DNA of 64,000 bases from Batkoa obscura (GCA_030770535.1 JASVEC010000027.1:186001-250000); one strand, 5' to 3'. Counted from the stretch's first letter, positions 36,701-48,949 are shown. Notes: generated by a model not told the origin, from the sequence alone. Numbers and translations are program-made.

Positions 36701-37579
36701 AGGCTCTCTAATATCGCTTAGCCTATATTTTATCATTGCCTTAATACTTAATACCATCATCTAAATTTATATTAAGTTTAAAGTTTTATAAGCAGTCACT
36801 TAAATTAACATTAGGGAATATTTCCATATATTAATATTAGTATAGAGAAATATTGTTAGAGTTTTTTCCATATTTGAGAGAAACTTCCACAAAGTACTTA
36901 TTAAAAGTCAGGTTCCTCTTATTTTTATTAAACAGTACATCATATTGTCTAAGTTTAAATAACCTTTTAATTTTTTCTACATTTAGATTAATTTTTTACT
37001 TTTATTTTAATCCGAATATTTTTGGTAAATAAGCAATTAAGAATTGATTATTTTATTTACAAAGCTTATGTTCACAATACTAAATTGAACAGTTGATCTT
37101 ACAACTTGACTTGTTTCGTTTGATTGTTTTCTCTCTCCCCTTGTAAGTGTAGTTGTTATTAAAATCATAGATGCTCTTTATACGTTTTAAGCCATTACTT
37201 TCATAAAAACTTAGCTTTTAGGGTGTTAATAAAAACCATTTTATAAAAAGGCACTTGTGTAGCTTAAGCTACATTTAACATTAGTTTAAAATATCATTAT
37301 AAAAATGCTAGTCATTGGTATAGATCAAAACAGTAAACTTAGTAATACATCATCATTTGTTATAGTTACTGATGCTAATAACAAAATAACTAATAAAATA
37401 AGTAAAAGGATACACAAGTGTTAAACTATTTTCATTACTATGTAATTATAAATTTTAAGTAACTATATTTTTGGAGTTATATTATGCCTTAAAAATCAAA
37501 GGTTATTTAAATATTTATATATACTTTAACCTTATATTAGAAAAAACAAAAATTGAAAAGATTTGAATCTTAAATAATA

Positions 37580-37661
37580 CGACAGCTACAGGATTTGAAC
37601 CTGTGCGGGGAAACCCCATCAGATTTCAAGTCTGACTCCTTAACCACTCGGACAAACTGTC
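37580..37661 (-). tRNA. tRNA-Ser(TGA)
   Basis: GACAGTTTGTCCGAGTGG..., anticodon arm TCAGA-CT TGA AA-TCTGA, long variable arm, GGTTCAAATCC; 82 nt. Confidence 0.97.
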
Positions 37662-38306
37662 TTATCTTATCCAAGATAATAGTAAAATAAAATATATACT
37701 TATTATTTGACTGAGCAATTGTCGTTTAATTATTTAAAAGAAATTTTCATTCCAATAAACTTTCTCTATTTTTTTACAATATTTCTAATCTAGTATTAAC
37801 ATCATAATTAAGTTTTTCTATTAAGTTTTATTTCTATTATCATTAAAAATATATCTACTGTCCAATATAGTTTTATATTGAATAAATGAAATTAGTTTTT
37901 TAAAAAGCTAACTTTTTTAACCATTTAAGTACTGTAGACACAATGCTTGCCAAATTTATGGATTTAAATTGTATGACCACTACTTCCATGGGCTTGCACA
38001 GTTTAAATCAAATTAACCCTTAAAGTCATAACTCAATCAAATAGATTTTAAGACATTTAATACTCAAAGGGTTAATATAAAAAATCAACTTAATATCATT
38101 ACCTAGTTTTTTGATAAAAATTAAAAAAATAGAATAAAACAATAGTGTAACTATAATTTTAAGTTTCAATTTATAAAGCAAATAAACCAACATACATAAT
38201 AATCCAAGATGTATGATTAAATGATTAAATGATTAATTTTAAAAATATTAGGTGAAATTTAGATTCTATTGATACATATATAATATTTTGAAGGCATGGA
38301 AGTCAA

Positions 38307-38388
38307 GGCACCTTGGCGGAGTGGTTAACGCGGAGCCCTGCTAAGGCTTTTCCCTTTGGGAGCGCAGGTTCGAATCCTGTGGGTGTCG
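38307..38388 (+). tRNA. tRNA-Ser(GCT)
   Basis: Identical to 8306-8387. Confidence 0.97.
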
Positions 38389-38888
38389 TTAATGGAATAA
38401 GAAGTTATGAACCTGTTCGAATTAAAAAATGATTTTTTTTTATTTTAGACTTAAATAAACAAAAATTTCGAGTATTTTGATATAAATTAAGATTATAAGA
38501 ATTATAGTATTTTATTTTTTAAAGAAGATGATGTTCATAATAATCATATTAAAAGGAACCAATTTATTCAAATAATTTTTTATTTAACTATTATTTATAA
38601 ACAAAAAAGAGTACTCAAAGTTACTATTCTTTCTAAATCAAACCAAATATTGAAATGACAAGAAAAGCCAAGGCTGTGGAACCGGCTTATTATGCATCAA
38701 TGAGAATTCTATACCTTTGAATCTTAATCAGTATTTACTTTATTTAAAACTAATAATAAAATATATTGATTAAAATACCTCGATTTATTAAGAATAAGTA
38801 GAAAATTTTAAATTTAGTATTGAAATAAAAAGTATAAATATCCTAACGAATAGAAACTTTGATTATTATCTTTAGTTTTATTTGTTTA

Positions 38889-39501
38889 ATGTCTTTAGCT
38901 TTTCGAATCTTCACTACTATCATCAATCTCTCCGTATTTGTTGTATTGATCTGTAACTCTTTTAGTTATAGTGATAGGGATAATACTAACTTTGTCCAAA
39001 ATTCAACTAATTCCATTGTTTTAATGATATTAAGATTGTAAGATATAATAAATATTATTGTAAGTTGTTACGAGTAAATTGAATTTTTATACTAGCCTAT
39101 TTGCAATGATGACCATATTCTCAGAAGTGTTTCCATTACAGAGTTCCTATATTAAATATAATAAATTATTTATGATACCAATAGGGAGAGCAATGTGTAA
39201 GTAACTTTATACTCTTCCTTAATCCAGCAATACTAATCATATCCTATTTATTTAGTTTATTTTATGTAATTTAATAATATTAGTTTAATATTGTTATATG
39301 ATTTAATAACAATATTTTAAATTTAGGTTTGGTATTTTATGTTTTGGTGGTAATTGGTGGAATATCACTAGTTTATCAGTAGCTGGTGGACTTGGAGTGA
39401 TTACTTTATTAACTGCGTTTAAGAAGTATAAGGTTAGTCCATATACTAAAATAGAGCCAGCTGTTCATTCGATAGAAGCTGGTGAAGGGAATAACAATTA
39501 A
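38889..39501 (+). CDS. Four-TM small membrane protein, COPI-associated/Tvp15-like; intron-containing paralog C
   Basis: Exons 38889-39037, 39096-39196, 39256-39265 (10 nt) and 39327-39501 give MSLAFRIFTTIINL...ILRFLFAMMTIFSEVFPL...LFMIPIGRAMFYFMFGILCFGGNWWNI...VSPYTKI, collinear with paralogs A and B. Confidence 0.82.
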
Positions 39502-39796
39502 AATATACGGAATAGAAGATTGATGATTTATATAAGTTTTACTGTTTTTATAAAAATTAAAATTTTAACAACAATGAACGTTGTATTTGTTTTGTAGTTG
39601 GGTTTATAGCTGATAAGTAATAATATTAATAAAATATTCATGAATTATTTACAAAAAGGGGATTGTATAATAAAAACAATCACTTTATTTATTTTTTATC
39701 TGTCTATTAATTTGCTTTATTATTTTGGTCTAATGTCAATAGGCTTTTGAATCTTTATTATCATTATTAATATATCTGTATTTTTACTATTAATAT

Positions 39797-39866
39797 AAGG
39801 GTGTTTTTTTAGCTTCATCACTTTTTCCATTTTTTAAGCACTATTTGAGCAGAAAGATACATCTCC
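39797..39866 (-). mobile_element. MITE family A copy 11 (internally deleted, ~70 bp)
   Basis: Both ends and the ATAT/ATAT TSD are retained; about 30 bp of interior is missing. Confidence 0.8.
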
Positions 39867-40336
39867 ATATCTTGACTATTAATGGAAATATTATTAATTT
39901 AAATTATTATCAATAGTTATTTGATATTAGTTTATTTACAATGGTCGTAATATTCTTGAAGATTTTCTCTTTACAGAGTTTACATATCAAATATTATAAA
40001 TTACTTATAGTATCAATAAGGAGAGTAATATGTAAATATCTTGTATATATACTCCTCAGCTTAATCATATGGTAACTTTTTATTTTAGTTTACTTTATAT
40101 AAATTAATATTGATATAATTTAATATTAGTATTCTATTTTTATTAATAATTGGTAGGTTAGGTATAATTACTTTGATATTGATAAAATTTAGTAAAAAAA
40201 TTATCAAAAATAAAAAATCTATGCTTATTATATAAAACTTATAAATTACAATATGAAGTTATTGCTATATCAATTGGTAAAAACGTAAATAAATACTAAA
40301 CATTATATGTATTTAAAAACAAAAAGTTGCTATTCA

Positions 40337-40409
40337 AGCCTAATATGGGGCTCGAACCCATGACCCTGAGATTAAAAGTCTCATGCTCTACCGACTGAGC
40401 TAATCAGGC
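40337..40409 (-). tRNA. tRNA-Lys(TTT)
   Basis: GCCTGATTAGCTCAGTCGGTAGAGC, anticodon arm TGAGA-CT TTT AA-TCTCA, GGTTCGAGCCC; 73 nt, no intron. Confidence 0.97.
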
Positions 40410-42402
40410 AGTCGTTATATATTTGCTGTAAATATATATATATATATTCAAAATATTGAGCTTTCTTCTAATTAGAATAAACTTTACCCAGATGCTGAAA
40501 GGTTTATTAAATTGGTCAGCTGTTTCTTTAGCAAAAATGGCAGAACTGATTAAAACAATTACAATTTAAAAGAAAAAATCACTAAATTTAATGAATAATA
40601 TTTATACAAATAAATTCGATTTTAAAGATAAAAATGATAAACGTATAGATTATAAATTAAGCTATAATTTAAGTTTATATTTAAGTAGCTATGAAATTAA
40701 TATTATGAATTGCATGTTTTCCTCATGCCATGTAGTTAAAGAAATAACAAATTTTAACTAATATTTCAGAATATTCGGAATTGGCTAAGGTTGATAGATT
40801 AAAGAATAAAAATCAACCATAAAATTTTCAAAATAAAATCAACTTATTATAATTAATTGTGTACATTTTAGATATCTTATTATTATACTGTATTACCTTT
40901 ATATATACTGGTTGATGTATTTTATTGTATTGATGATTCATTGTTAACGATCAATAATTAATAATTAAAGGTTTTAATTATTGTAATTTCTATCTTAGAA
41001 AATAGGAATTAAATTTAAAGATTTTTAATTAGTATTATGGTTATATGGTTTCTATATAAGATCAATTTATATCATAACTTTTTATTATTGGGTATATTGT
41101 TAACTAAGCAAAGTATTGATATATTTTGTTTTACTTTTAGATAATACACATTTATAATATCATTGTTACTTACATTTGTTAGGACTACTAATCAAATTGC
41201 CTGGTTTCTGAAGTTGAATGCTATAATTAAAGGTTCAATTGAAGTTGAACACATTTTGAAAAGTAATATAAAGAAGACTAATATCAAAGTTATTACCAAC
41301 TTTGTTGACATTTATATTAAATATGGATATAAAATGTAGTTAATTAATCTATTTTATACTTATACAAAGTATATAAGCAATTGGATCTCTTCCTTTGGGA
41401 TCTCTCTTCATTGAGAGTTTTTACTTATTTACTTTCTATAATAAACTATGCTTTTTAATTCTATTAATTATGTCAATTTATTTAATTCAGCTCAAAGTAT
41501 ATTATTTACCTTACACTTGTTTAGAAAGACTTTAAACCTTCCTGCTGTTGTTGATCAAGCATTAGGGTTACCTTATCTTACCCTATGTTAACTTATCAGT
41601 TGATACACCACTAGGCTTAAGGACTTTAAAGCTCATGTGACTTACATATACGATACTATCAACGTTTTATTAACATGATAGGTAGTACAACTATAATACG
41701 TAGTTAACTTTAATAACTTTTAGTTTAATAAATTTTGATTTGATGAGTTTCAATTTCATATTCAATATAAGAACTTATAACTTCAAGGGTTTGTTTATTT
41801 TAGATGTTATAGGTATTAATAATTTAAATATAAACTTGATACTTATTAATACTATTGTTACGTAGTTTTATAATAAAATAACCGGAAATAAGTGTTTGAG
41901 ACTCCACTTCAATTTCAAAGAATATATTAACAATCCATTTTTAGAATATTTTATAAAAGTTATAAAGTTAATGATTTTAGAGTTTTAAGTGGATGGATTA
42001 AGTTGTAATAAAAAACAAAATAAATAATGTAAGAAAACTAAATAGGTTAATTTACTATAAAATAATATAAAGAATAAAATAAAAGGTCATTATTATTAAT
42101 TTATGGTTGATGTTGTATCATGCTGGTAATAATATAGAAAAGATTTTTATATATTCGGGATTTTCAATAGAAACGAATTCTTCAAGTTAATTCAAATCTT
42201 GATCACTTGAGAATTAAGAATCTAAAAAGAAAAGGAATTGAGACATTTTTACTAAAAGAATTCGAAAAAGTTCAATAGCATGATTTAGGAATGAATTTAT
42301 TTAAGGTCATTAGTTAAAGCAAAATTAATTTAATAACAACAAAACAATATAAATAGAATTAGCTAATACATTATTGAAATTTGTTTATTATTTTTAAAAA
42401 AA

Positions 42403-44016
42403 ATGGATGAAAAAAATAATACGACGTTAAATGAAAGAGAGTTACAATTATTAGAACAAGAACGTATCATCAATGCTGAATTAGATGCTAAAATAGCCGC
42501 TACCCATGATAAATTCCCTAAAGCTGTTTATTTTATTTTACCTAATGAATTTGGAGAACGTTTCTGCTTCTATGGTATCAAGAACTTAATGAATTTGTAT
42601 TTAAGAACAGCTTATGGATTTGATGCTGCTTTAGCTAAATCTCAAGTACATCTATTCAACGGTTTAATTTACTTATTTCCCTTGTTTGGTGCTGCTATAT
42701 CAGATTCCTTTTTAGGTAAATATCATACGATTATTTATCTCTCAGCTGTTTATTTCATTGGAAATGCCTTATTATCTATATTTTCTATTAATAATTTAAT
42801 TGCTCCTTATGGTAGTTATCCTATTTGGACTTATCTTTTACCTATTGTATTAATTGCTATGGGTACTGGTGGGATTAAGCCATGTGTATCATCTCATGGT
42901 GGTGATCAATTTTTACCTACTCAAACTACTTTAATTGATCGTTTCTTTTCTTTATTTTATATTTCAATTAACGTAGGTTCTTTAATTTCTCAAATCATTA
43001 CTCCATATTTAAAAGAAGGAGTGAATTGTTTTGGTCAAAAATGTTTCTTTTTAGCTTTTGGTTTCCCAACTTTATTATTTGGTTTAGCTGTTATTGTTTT
43101 TATTTCTGGTTTTAAATATTATCGTATTGTACCTCCTGTTGGTGAATTTTTACCATATAAAGCATTAAAAACAGCCATCTATGCAGCTAGACGTTACTTT
43201 AAAGCTAGTAAAGAAGAGAGAGTAGCTAAAGGTCATTGGTTAAAGTTTTCTGAAGAAATTGTAGGTGCTGAATTTGTTGAAGAAACACGTTTATTAGGCA
43301 AAGTCATTGTTATCTTATCCCCTATTATATTCTTTTGGACATTATATGATCAAAAAAGTACTGAATGGCAAAATCAATATGAAAAGATGAATCATATGTA
43401 TTTTGGTTTTATTAATTTACCAACTGAAGTTTCAACTGTCCTTAATTCTGTTTTAATTATTCTTCTTGTTCCTACTTTAACATATGTTGTTTATCCTTTT
43501 TTTGAAAGAAGAAATTTAAGAATTACTATTTTAAATAGAATGGTCATTGGTTATGCTTTATGTATTATTGCCTTTATTTTATCTACTTGTTTACAATACG
43601 CTGTATTGGCCAATTCAAGTTCTCAAGTCAAAGATGATAAAGGTGCTGCTAAGGCTTGTCCAGATTGTTTAAATGGTACAATTCAATTTGTTCAATTCTT
43701 TATATTATCTTTAGGTGAAGCTATGTTATCACCCACTGGGGTACAATTTGCTTATACTCAAGTCGGACGTCAAATGAAAGCCTCTTCAACTTCAATTTGG
43801 CTATTAACCACGGCCATTGGTAATTACTTTGTTATGGCATTAGAATTAGGTATTCGTACTGTTGATTCACAAATTAAAATGTGGATTTATATTGGTATTG
43901 CTACTTTCTTTTGGTGTATTTTTGTTTATTTAGGTAGATATTGGTATGTCCATAAAGAAGATGAAGATGCTGCTAGATTGGTTAATAATGAAGTAGATCA
44001 AAGTATCAAAGCTTAA
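42403..44016 (+). CDS. PTR2: POT/PTR family proton-dependent di/tripeptide transporter
   Basis: ExxERFxxYG-like motif (NEFGERFCFYG), GAAISDSFLGKY, GTGGIKPCVSSHGGDQF, FYISINVGSL; about 12 TM segments. Confidence 0.95.
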   Translation: MDEKNNTTLNERELQLLEQERIINAELDAKIAATHDKFPKAVYFILPNEFGERFCFYGIKNLMNLYLRTAYGFDAALAKSQVHLFNGLIYLFPLFGAAISDSFLGKYHTIIYLSAVYFIGNALLSIFSINNLIAPYGSYPIWTYLLPIVLIAMGTGGIKPCVSSHGGDQFLPTQTTLIDRFFSLFYISINVGSLISQIITPYLKEGVNCFGQKCFFLAFGFPTLLFGLAVIVFISGFKYYRIVPPVGEFLPYKALKTAIYAARRYFKASKEERVAKGHWLKFSEEIVGAEFVEETRLLGKVIVILSPIIFFWTLYDQKSTEWQNQYEKMNHMYFGFINLPTEVSTVLNSVLIILLVPTLTYVVYPFFERRNLRITILNRMVIGYALCIIAFILSTCLQYAVLANSSSQVKDDKGAAKACPDCLNGTIQFVQFFILSLGEAMLSPTGVQFAYTQVGRQMKASSTSIWLLTTAIGNYFVMALELGIRTVDSQIKMWIYIGIATFFWCIFVYLGRYWYVHKEDEDAARLVNNEVDQSIKA

Positions 44017-44899
44017 TTTGAATCTTTTTAGTCATTTCAGTATGTGTTTTTTAATAAATTATTATTATAATTATTTTAATTATAAACTTTTTATAAATTC
44101 AAATTATCCAATTAACTATTGTTGATATTCAAACAAATTAACATATTTCAAGGTACTCATATATTATATTTAAACATAGTACGAAATAAAATTCAATATA
44201 ATTAACATTATCATACCTTTTAAGTATTTAAAATCAATAAATAGTTAATATTCAATAATCGAATATTGTATATAAATTCTAATTTTGAGAGTATGATTAC
44301 AATTTAATATTGATTTAATATCTCATATTATAAAAATAAATTAAAATTTGAAGCTTTGTAACATAATATAATACATACAGTTACAGATATATAAATGTTA
44401 AACTCTATATTATTATTAAATTGAAATTAATAATTTAATAATCAACTTTAAGATTCAAATGGAATTAAGAGAATCAACTATGACTTGTTCTTCAATAGAA
44501 ATATATTTTAATTACAAATGGAACAAATGGTTTGAAAAAGAGGCAAAACCGCTTCAAGCTAACCAGTATTTCTTGTTTATTTTTAAGCTTCATATAAATA
44601 ATAATTTCTATTATCTTCTTTGAAGCTATCTTTCAAAAGTATAAAATTTTCAACAAAAATAGTTTTTAAATAGAACTCACTTATTACTTTAAAGATAAAA
44701 AAGTAAGACCTCTTTATCCCTTCACTTGCAATAAATTAATCTATTTGAAATTGAATTAACTTAGAGTACTTCGAATATCATATGATTGGTTTATTTGAGG
44801 ATAATAAATTAAGAATTTTATTTCATATCTTCTATACTTTTAATATATATAAACAATTTAATTAATTTAAAATATTCAGTTTTTAATAAATCTATTTTA

Positions 44900-45760
44900 A
44901 TGAAGTTTTTAATTGTAGTATTTGTATTGGGGTTATTAATTAACTTAATTAATTGTCAAAATGATGATAAATCAAAAGGAGAAGGAGAAGGAGAAGGAGA
45001 AGGTACGAAAGGGAGTGAGATTGAAAAAGATATTGATTTTGGCACAAAAAGAGGAACACAAGTATCGGATATTGAAGTAGCTAAAGAATTAGAGAAAACA
45101 TTTACGAATTATGTGAAATGTACTGGATTAATAGGAATGGATAATGGTAGTAAATTAACCTGTCAATTTTTAACAAAATGGGGCTCCAAAAATAGAGATA
45201 AAGTACAGAGTTGTACTTATTATGGTTGTAAAGATTTTGATTGCTCATTACAATGTATTAAACGAACCGTTGGTATAAAAGATCAAGATATTGCTCTTGT
45301 TTCTGCATTTGAAAGTAAATTGTATAGTTGCTTAATGCCCGTAGTTAATAACCTAAAAGTAAGTATAAGTCAATGTCAAATTACACATTTATTTGGTAGT
45401 GAATTAAAAAAATGTCAAGAAACAGCTAGTCAAGTAAATGAAAAAGATTATGAAGGATGTTTATTTACTTCTTATGGTGTAGATAAAAAAGCGTTAGAAG
45501 ATAATACTTCATGTATTCTTAATTGTAAATCAGAGACCAATCTTAAAGCTTTTTTTAATTGTGAAACTCAATGTGAAAAAAAATTAATTGATTTAGTTAA
45601 TACTCAATCTACTATGATTCCTACTATTAGTGCTACTAAACAAGTAGAAGTCACTTCCATTTCCTTTTTATCCAAAAATTCAGCAAGTTTGGCACTTTTT
45701 AATAGGCCATCATTCTATTCCATTTTTGCTTTGATTTTTATAATTTTGTTTTTTTCATAA
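44900..45760 (+). CDS. Secreted Cys-rich protein, probably GPI-anchored
   Basis: Signal peptide, GEGEGE repeat, many CxxxC-spaced cysteines, S/T-rich stalk, small-residue omega-like site (NSAS) and hydrophobic C-terminus. Confidence 0.8.
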   Translation: MKFLIVVFVLGLLINLINCQNDDKSKGEGEGEGEGTKGSEIEKDIDFGTKRGTQVSDIEVAKELEKTFTNYVKCTGLIGMDNGSKLTCQFLTKWGSKNRDKVQSCTYYGCKDFDCSLQCIKRTVGIKDQDIALVSAFESKLYSCLMPVVNNLKVSISQCQITHLFGSELKKCQETASQVNEKDYEGCLFTSYGVDKKALEDNTSCILNCKSETNLKAFFNCETQCEKKLIDLVNTQSTMIPTISATKQVEVTSISFLSKNSASLALFNRPSFYSIFALIFIILFFS

Positions 45761-45844
45761 AAATAGTTCAATTCATTTTTTTTTTTAATTTTCTTTTTTT
45801 TTCAAATTCATTTTTTAATCATTTTCTTTTCTTAAATATTAACA

Positions 45845-46451
45845 ATGGTCAATCAACATCTAATTCCCCCAATGGTAAAAAGATATAGATTATAAACTAT
45901 TACATATTAAAAAGGAAATAGAACTTTGGATACATTGAAGAAGATTTATATCGATGTGGACAACCTAATGAATTGAATTTTCCATTTCTAGAATCTTTAA
46001 AATTAAAGCATATTTTATTTATGGCAGCTGAAGAACCAAGTCAAGTATTGTAAGTTTAATTTTACTCTATCAAAGTTAACCTATTAAACCAAGATATTTC
46101 AGTTTAAATTTTGTTGATGATCAAGAGATTGAATTTCATCATTTAGGTTTAAATTCCAGCACGAACGCATGGGATCCAATAACTGAAGAAGTAGTAGTCG
46201 AAGCCTTAAATTTGATTTTAAATAAAAGTCATTATCCATTATTGATTATGTGTAATTTAGGAAGACATCGAACTGGAACAGTTGTTGGTTGTTTAAGGAA
46301 ACTTCAGCGATGGAATTTAGCAGCTATTTTTGAAGAATATAGAAGATATGCAGGACAAAAAGTACGTCTTTTAAATGAACAATTTATTGAGTTATTTGAT
46401 ACTGATTTGGTTCCGATTCCTAGAAATGATTCAAAACCAGATTGGCTATAG
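45845..46451 (+). CDS. OCA1: Oca1/Siw14-family tyrosine/dual-specificity phosphatase
   Basis: Exons 45845-45874, 45922-46049 and 46103-46451; IPPMNFGYIEEDLYRCGQP, P-loop CNLGRHRTG (CX5R), EEYRRYAG, EQFIELFD. Confidence 0.88.
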
Positions 46452-46817
46452 TTTGTTTACATAAAATGATAAATTATTTATTTTAAAAGTTATTTATAAT
46501 ACTTTCTTTTAAAACGAATTTACCTTTTAACTTTTTATTATTAAAATATATGAGATATTTAGTCAATAATGTATTGACATAATTAATGACATTATTTTTA
46601 AATAATTTCATAATCTTTTATAAAATCTTACATAAGAGGAGCACTTCAGCTTTATAGGATAGCGTACAACATTCTAATTCTAATTTATTCAAAGGTACTT
46701 AAGTGTGTGTTTAATAAAAACTAAGTCACTTAAACCTACTTATCATTAGAAGATTTTACTGAGTAGCTATTTGAAATTACTATTTAAATATTTTTAATTT
46801 TTAGAATAATATCTTAA

Positions 46818-46899
46818 GACAGTTTGTCCGAGTGGTTAAGGAGTCAGACTTGAAATCTGATGGGGTTTCCCCGCACAGGTTCAAATCCTGTAGCTGTCG
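46818..46899 (+). tRNA. tRNA-Ser(TGA)
   Basis: Identical to 37580-37661, opposite strand. Confidence 0.97.
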
Positions 46900-47513
46900 T
46901 TTGTACCCCTTCCCATTTATTTGGGATGATTACTTTTTATATCTTATACTACTTTATCTTTAAACTTGGACTTACACTGTTTCTACTTAAACTAAACTAG
47001 TTGATAAAACTTAAAAGGTATAAATACAATATTAATTTAATTTCTTATATTTGCAAAAAAAAGTTCTATTTTTATTAATTTTAGAAAAAAACAAAGTTGA
47101 GAAGAATTGAATAAGAAGCGTCAGAAGATTGGGGATATGGGGGAGAAGTAGTAATGTGGCTAATAAGTTTTAAAAATTCAAATTGAAAAAATCCAACGGA
47201 GAAGAGGGAAAGATAATAATAAGTTAAATATATAGGTATGGAGGGAAAAGGTAGTTGGATTGGTGAGAAAAGAGAAGAGTTGAGGGAGAAGAGTAATTGA
47301 TATTAATTAAAAGGAAAAAAGTAACATCTTTTGTTTAATAATAATGTATTATTCTAAGTTCCTCTTTTGTTATATTTTTTTTTGATATGTATGTGATGTA
47401 TGTGTAAAGAAGCTTATTAGCTAAAATGAGATGATTCTACCTATCTAAATATTATTTAAATAGGTATTTTTCTATAAAAAAACTAAACTTGGTTGAAAAT
47501 TCGTGCAACTACC

Positions 47514-48048
47514 TTAAGCCAAATTAACTAAAGAATAAATGGAGTCTGGACTTGTAGTTTCACTCGTTGCTGAATCCATGGGCATTGTAACCAATTCATT
47601 TAATAAATCAGCTTTACCTTGTATTCCCTCTTCCATAGTTTCACCAAATGCATAAAACCCATTTTGAAAAAAAGATAATTTAGGTAATGGGGTAGCAAAC
47701 TGAAACTCTTTAGGGATTTCTAAATCAGGTAATTCTTCTCTTATGGAAGCCATGGTACTTTCCGTTATATATAATGGTGGTCGGTTGGGTTGATAATTTA
47801 ACTTTTTAATTGGTTTTTTGGTCATGATTCGATGGTCCATTAAAATCACATAATCTTCGAAGTTCACTTCTTGGAACGGGAAGGTACACTAAAAAAGAAA
47901 AATCAGTTATATGAAATTGGGGGTATAAGGTGATTGAATTTACCTGTTTATTATTACATGTGATTAATTTAGCATCAAAGTTAAATTGAACTTCTTTTAT
48001 ATTAGAGGAACAATAGGGACATATTGTTACGGATTGAGGGTGCATCAT
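47514..48048 (-). CDS. Hypothetical protein with an N-terminal C4 zinc-ribbon motif
   Basis: Intron 47943-47889 joins the two ORFs: CPYCSSNIKEVQFNFDAKLITCNNKQ|CTFPFQEVNFEDY... Confidence 0.75.
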
Positions 48049-48949
48049 TATCTGTTCTTCTTTTTCAAATAGTTTTAATGATAATTGATGATTTGAATCT
48101 ATTGTTCATTAAGTGATTTGATGTATTGTCGATGGATTTAACTGCTTTTATTGTATCTATTAATAAAGCAATCGAATATCTATTTGTTGTTAACTTTTAA
48201 AATAAGAAATTCAAGTTTGATATTTAAAATTTGAATGAAGTTATTCGTATTTTTTATTATGCCTAATAAATCAAAAGTTGATTATTGGTTCTCAAATCTA
48301 TCAAAAATTCATTTACTTGATGTTTCACTAGTAGTTGAGTTGGCTAATTATCATTAATTAACCAATGAAAGTAATTATTCTAATTATAAATACAATATTG
48401 ATTGGTTATTCTTTAAAACTGCCTAATCGCTCTATTTTTTAATAGAGTAATAAAATAGATTTTTAAATGATCTTTGGTTTTCAGATAAGTCTTGGCGGTA
48501 AAAGTATTCTATTGCAATATTTAAATAATTTTATTAACAAACAAGTTCTATTTTTATATGTAAAAAATAACTGCTATGGCAATCAATACTTTCTTTTTTT
48601 TTGAATCAAAATCCTATGCATTTAAAAAGGAGTAGTAATCAACCTATCAACACTTATATTTTTTTTGATGAATTCTAATATTTTGTTGAAGAATATTTGT
48701 AAATTTTATTTTATTATTTTATTTTTACATCGTTTAACCTCTAAATATTAATTAGATTGATAAAATAGTTGTTATATTTGGAATAAACTATTTAAAAAAT
48801 AGTTATAAGTGAAATAAAAACTAGTTGCTTAGTCTATTAAATTTCAAGCTTTATTCTAATGATCCAATAAGAGTCATTTGAAATAATCAATTTCAAAAAT
48901 AAAAATAAAATTTCAAAACAATCAATTTTGATTATAAAAAACAATAATA

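Noticed and set aside
37580..37661. tRNA with TGA in the anticodon loop as a selenocysteine or opal-suppressor tRNA
   Set aside because: Anticodon TGA reads UCA (Ser); Sec/opal suppression needs anticodon TCA. It has a normal 7-bp acceptor stem and 82-nt Ser structure.
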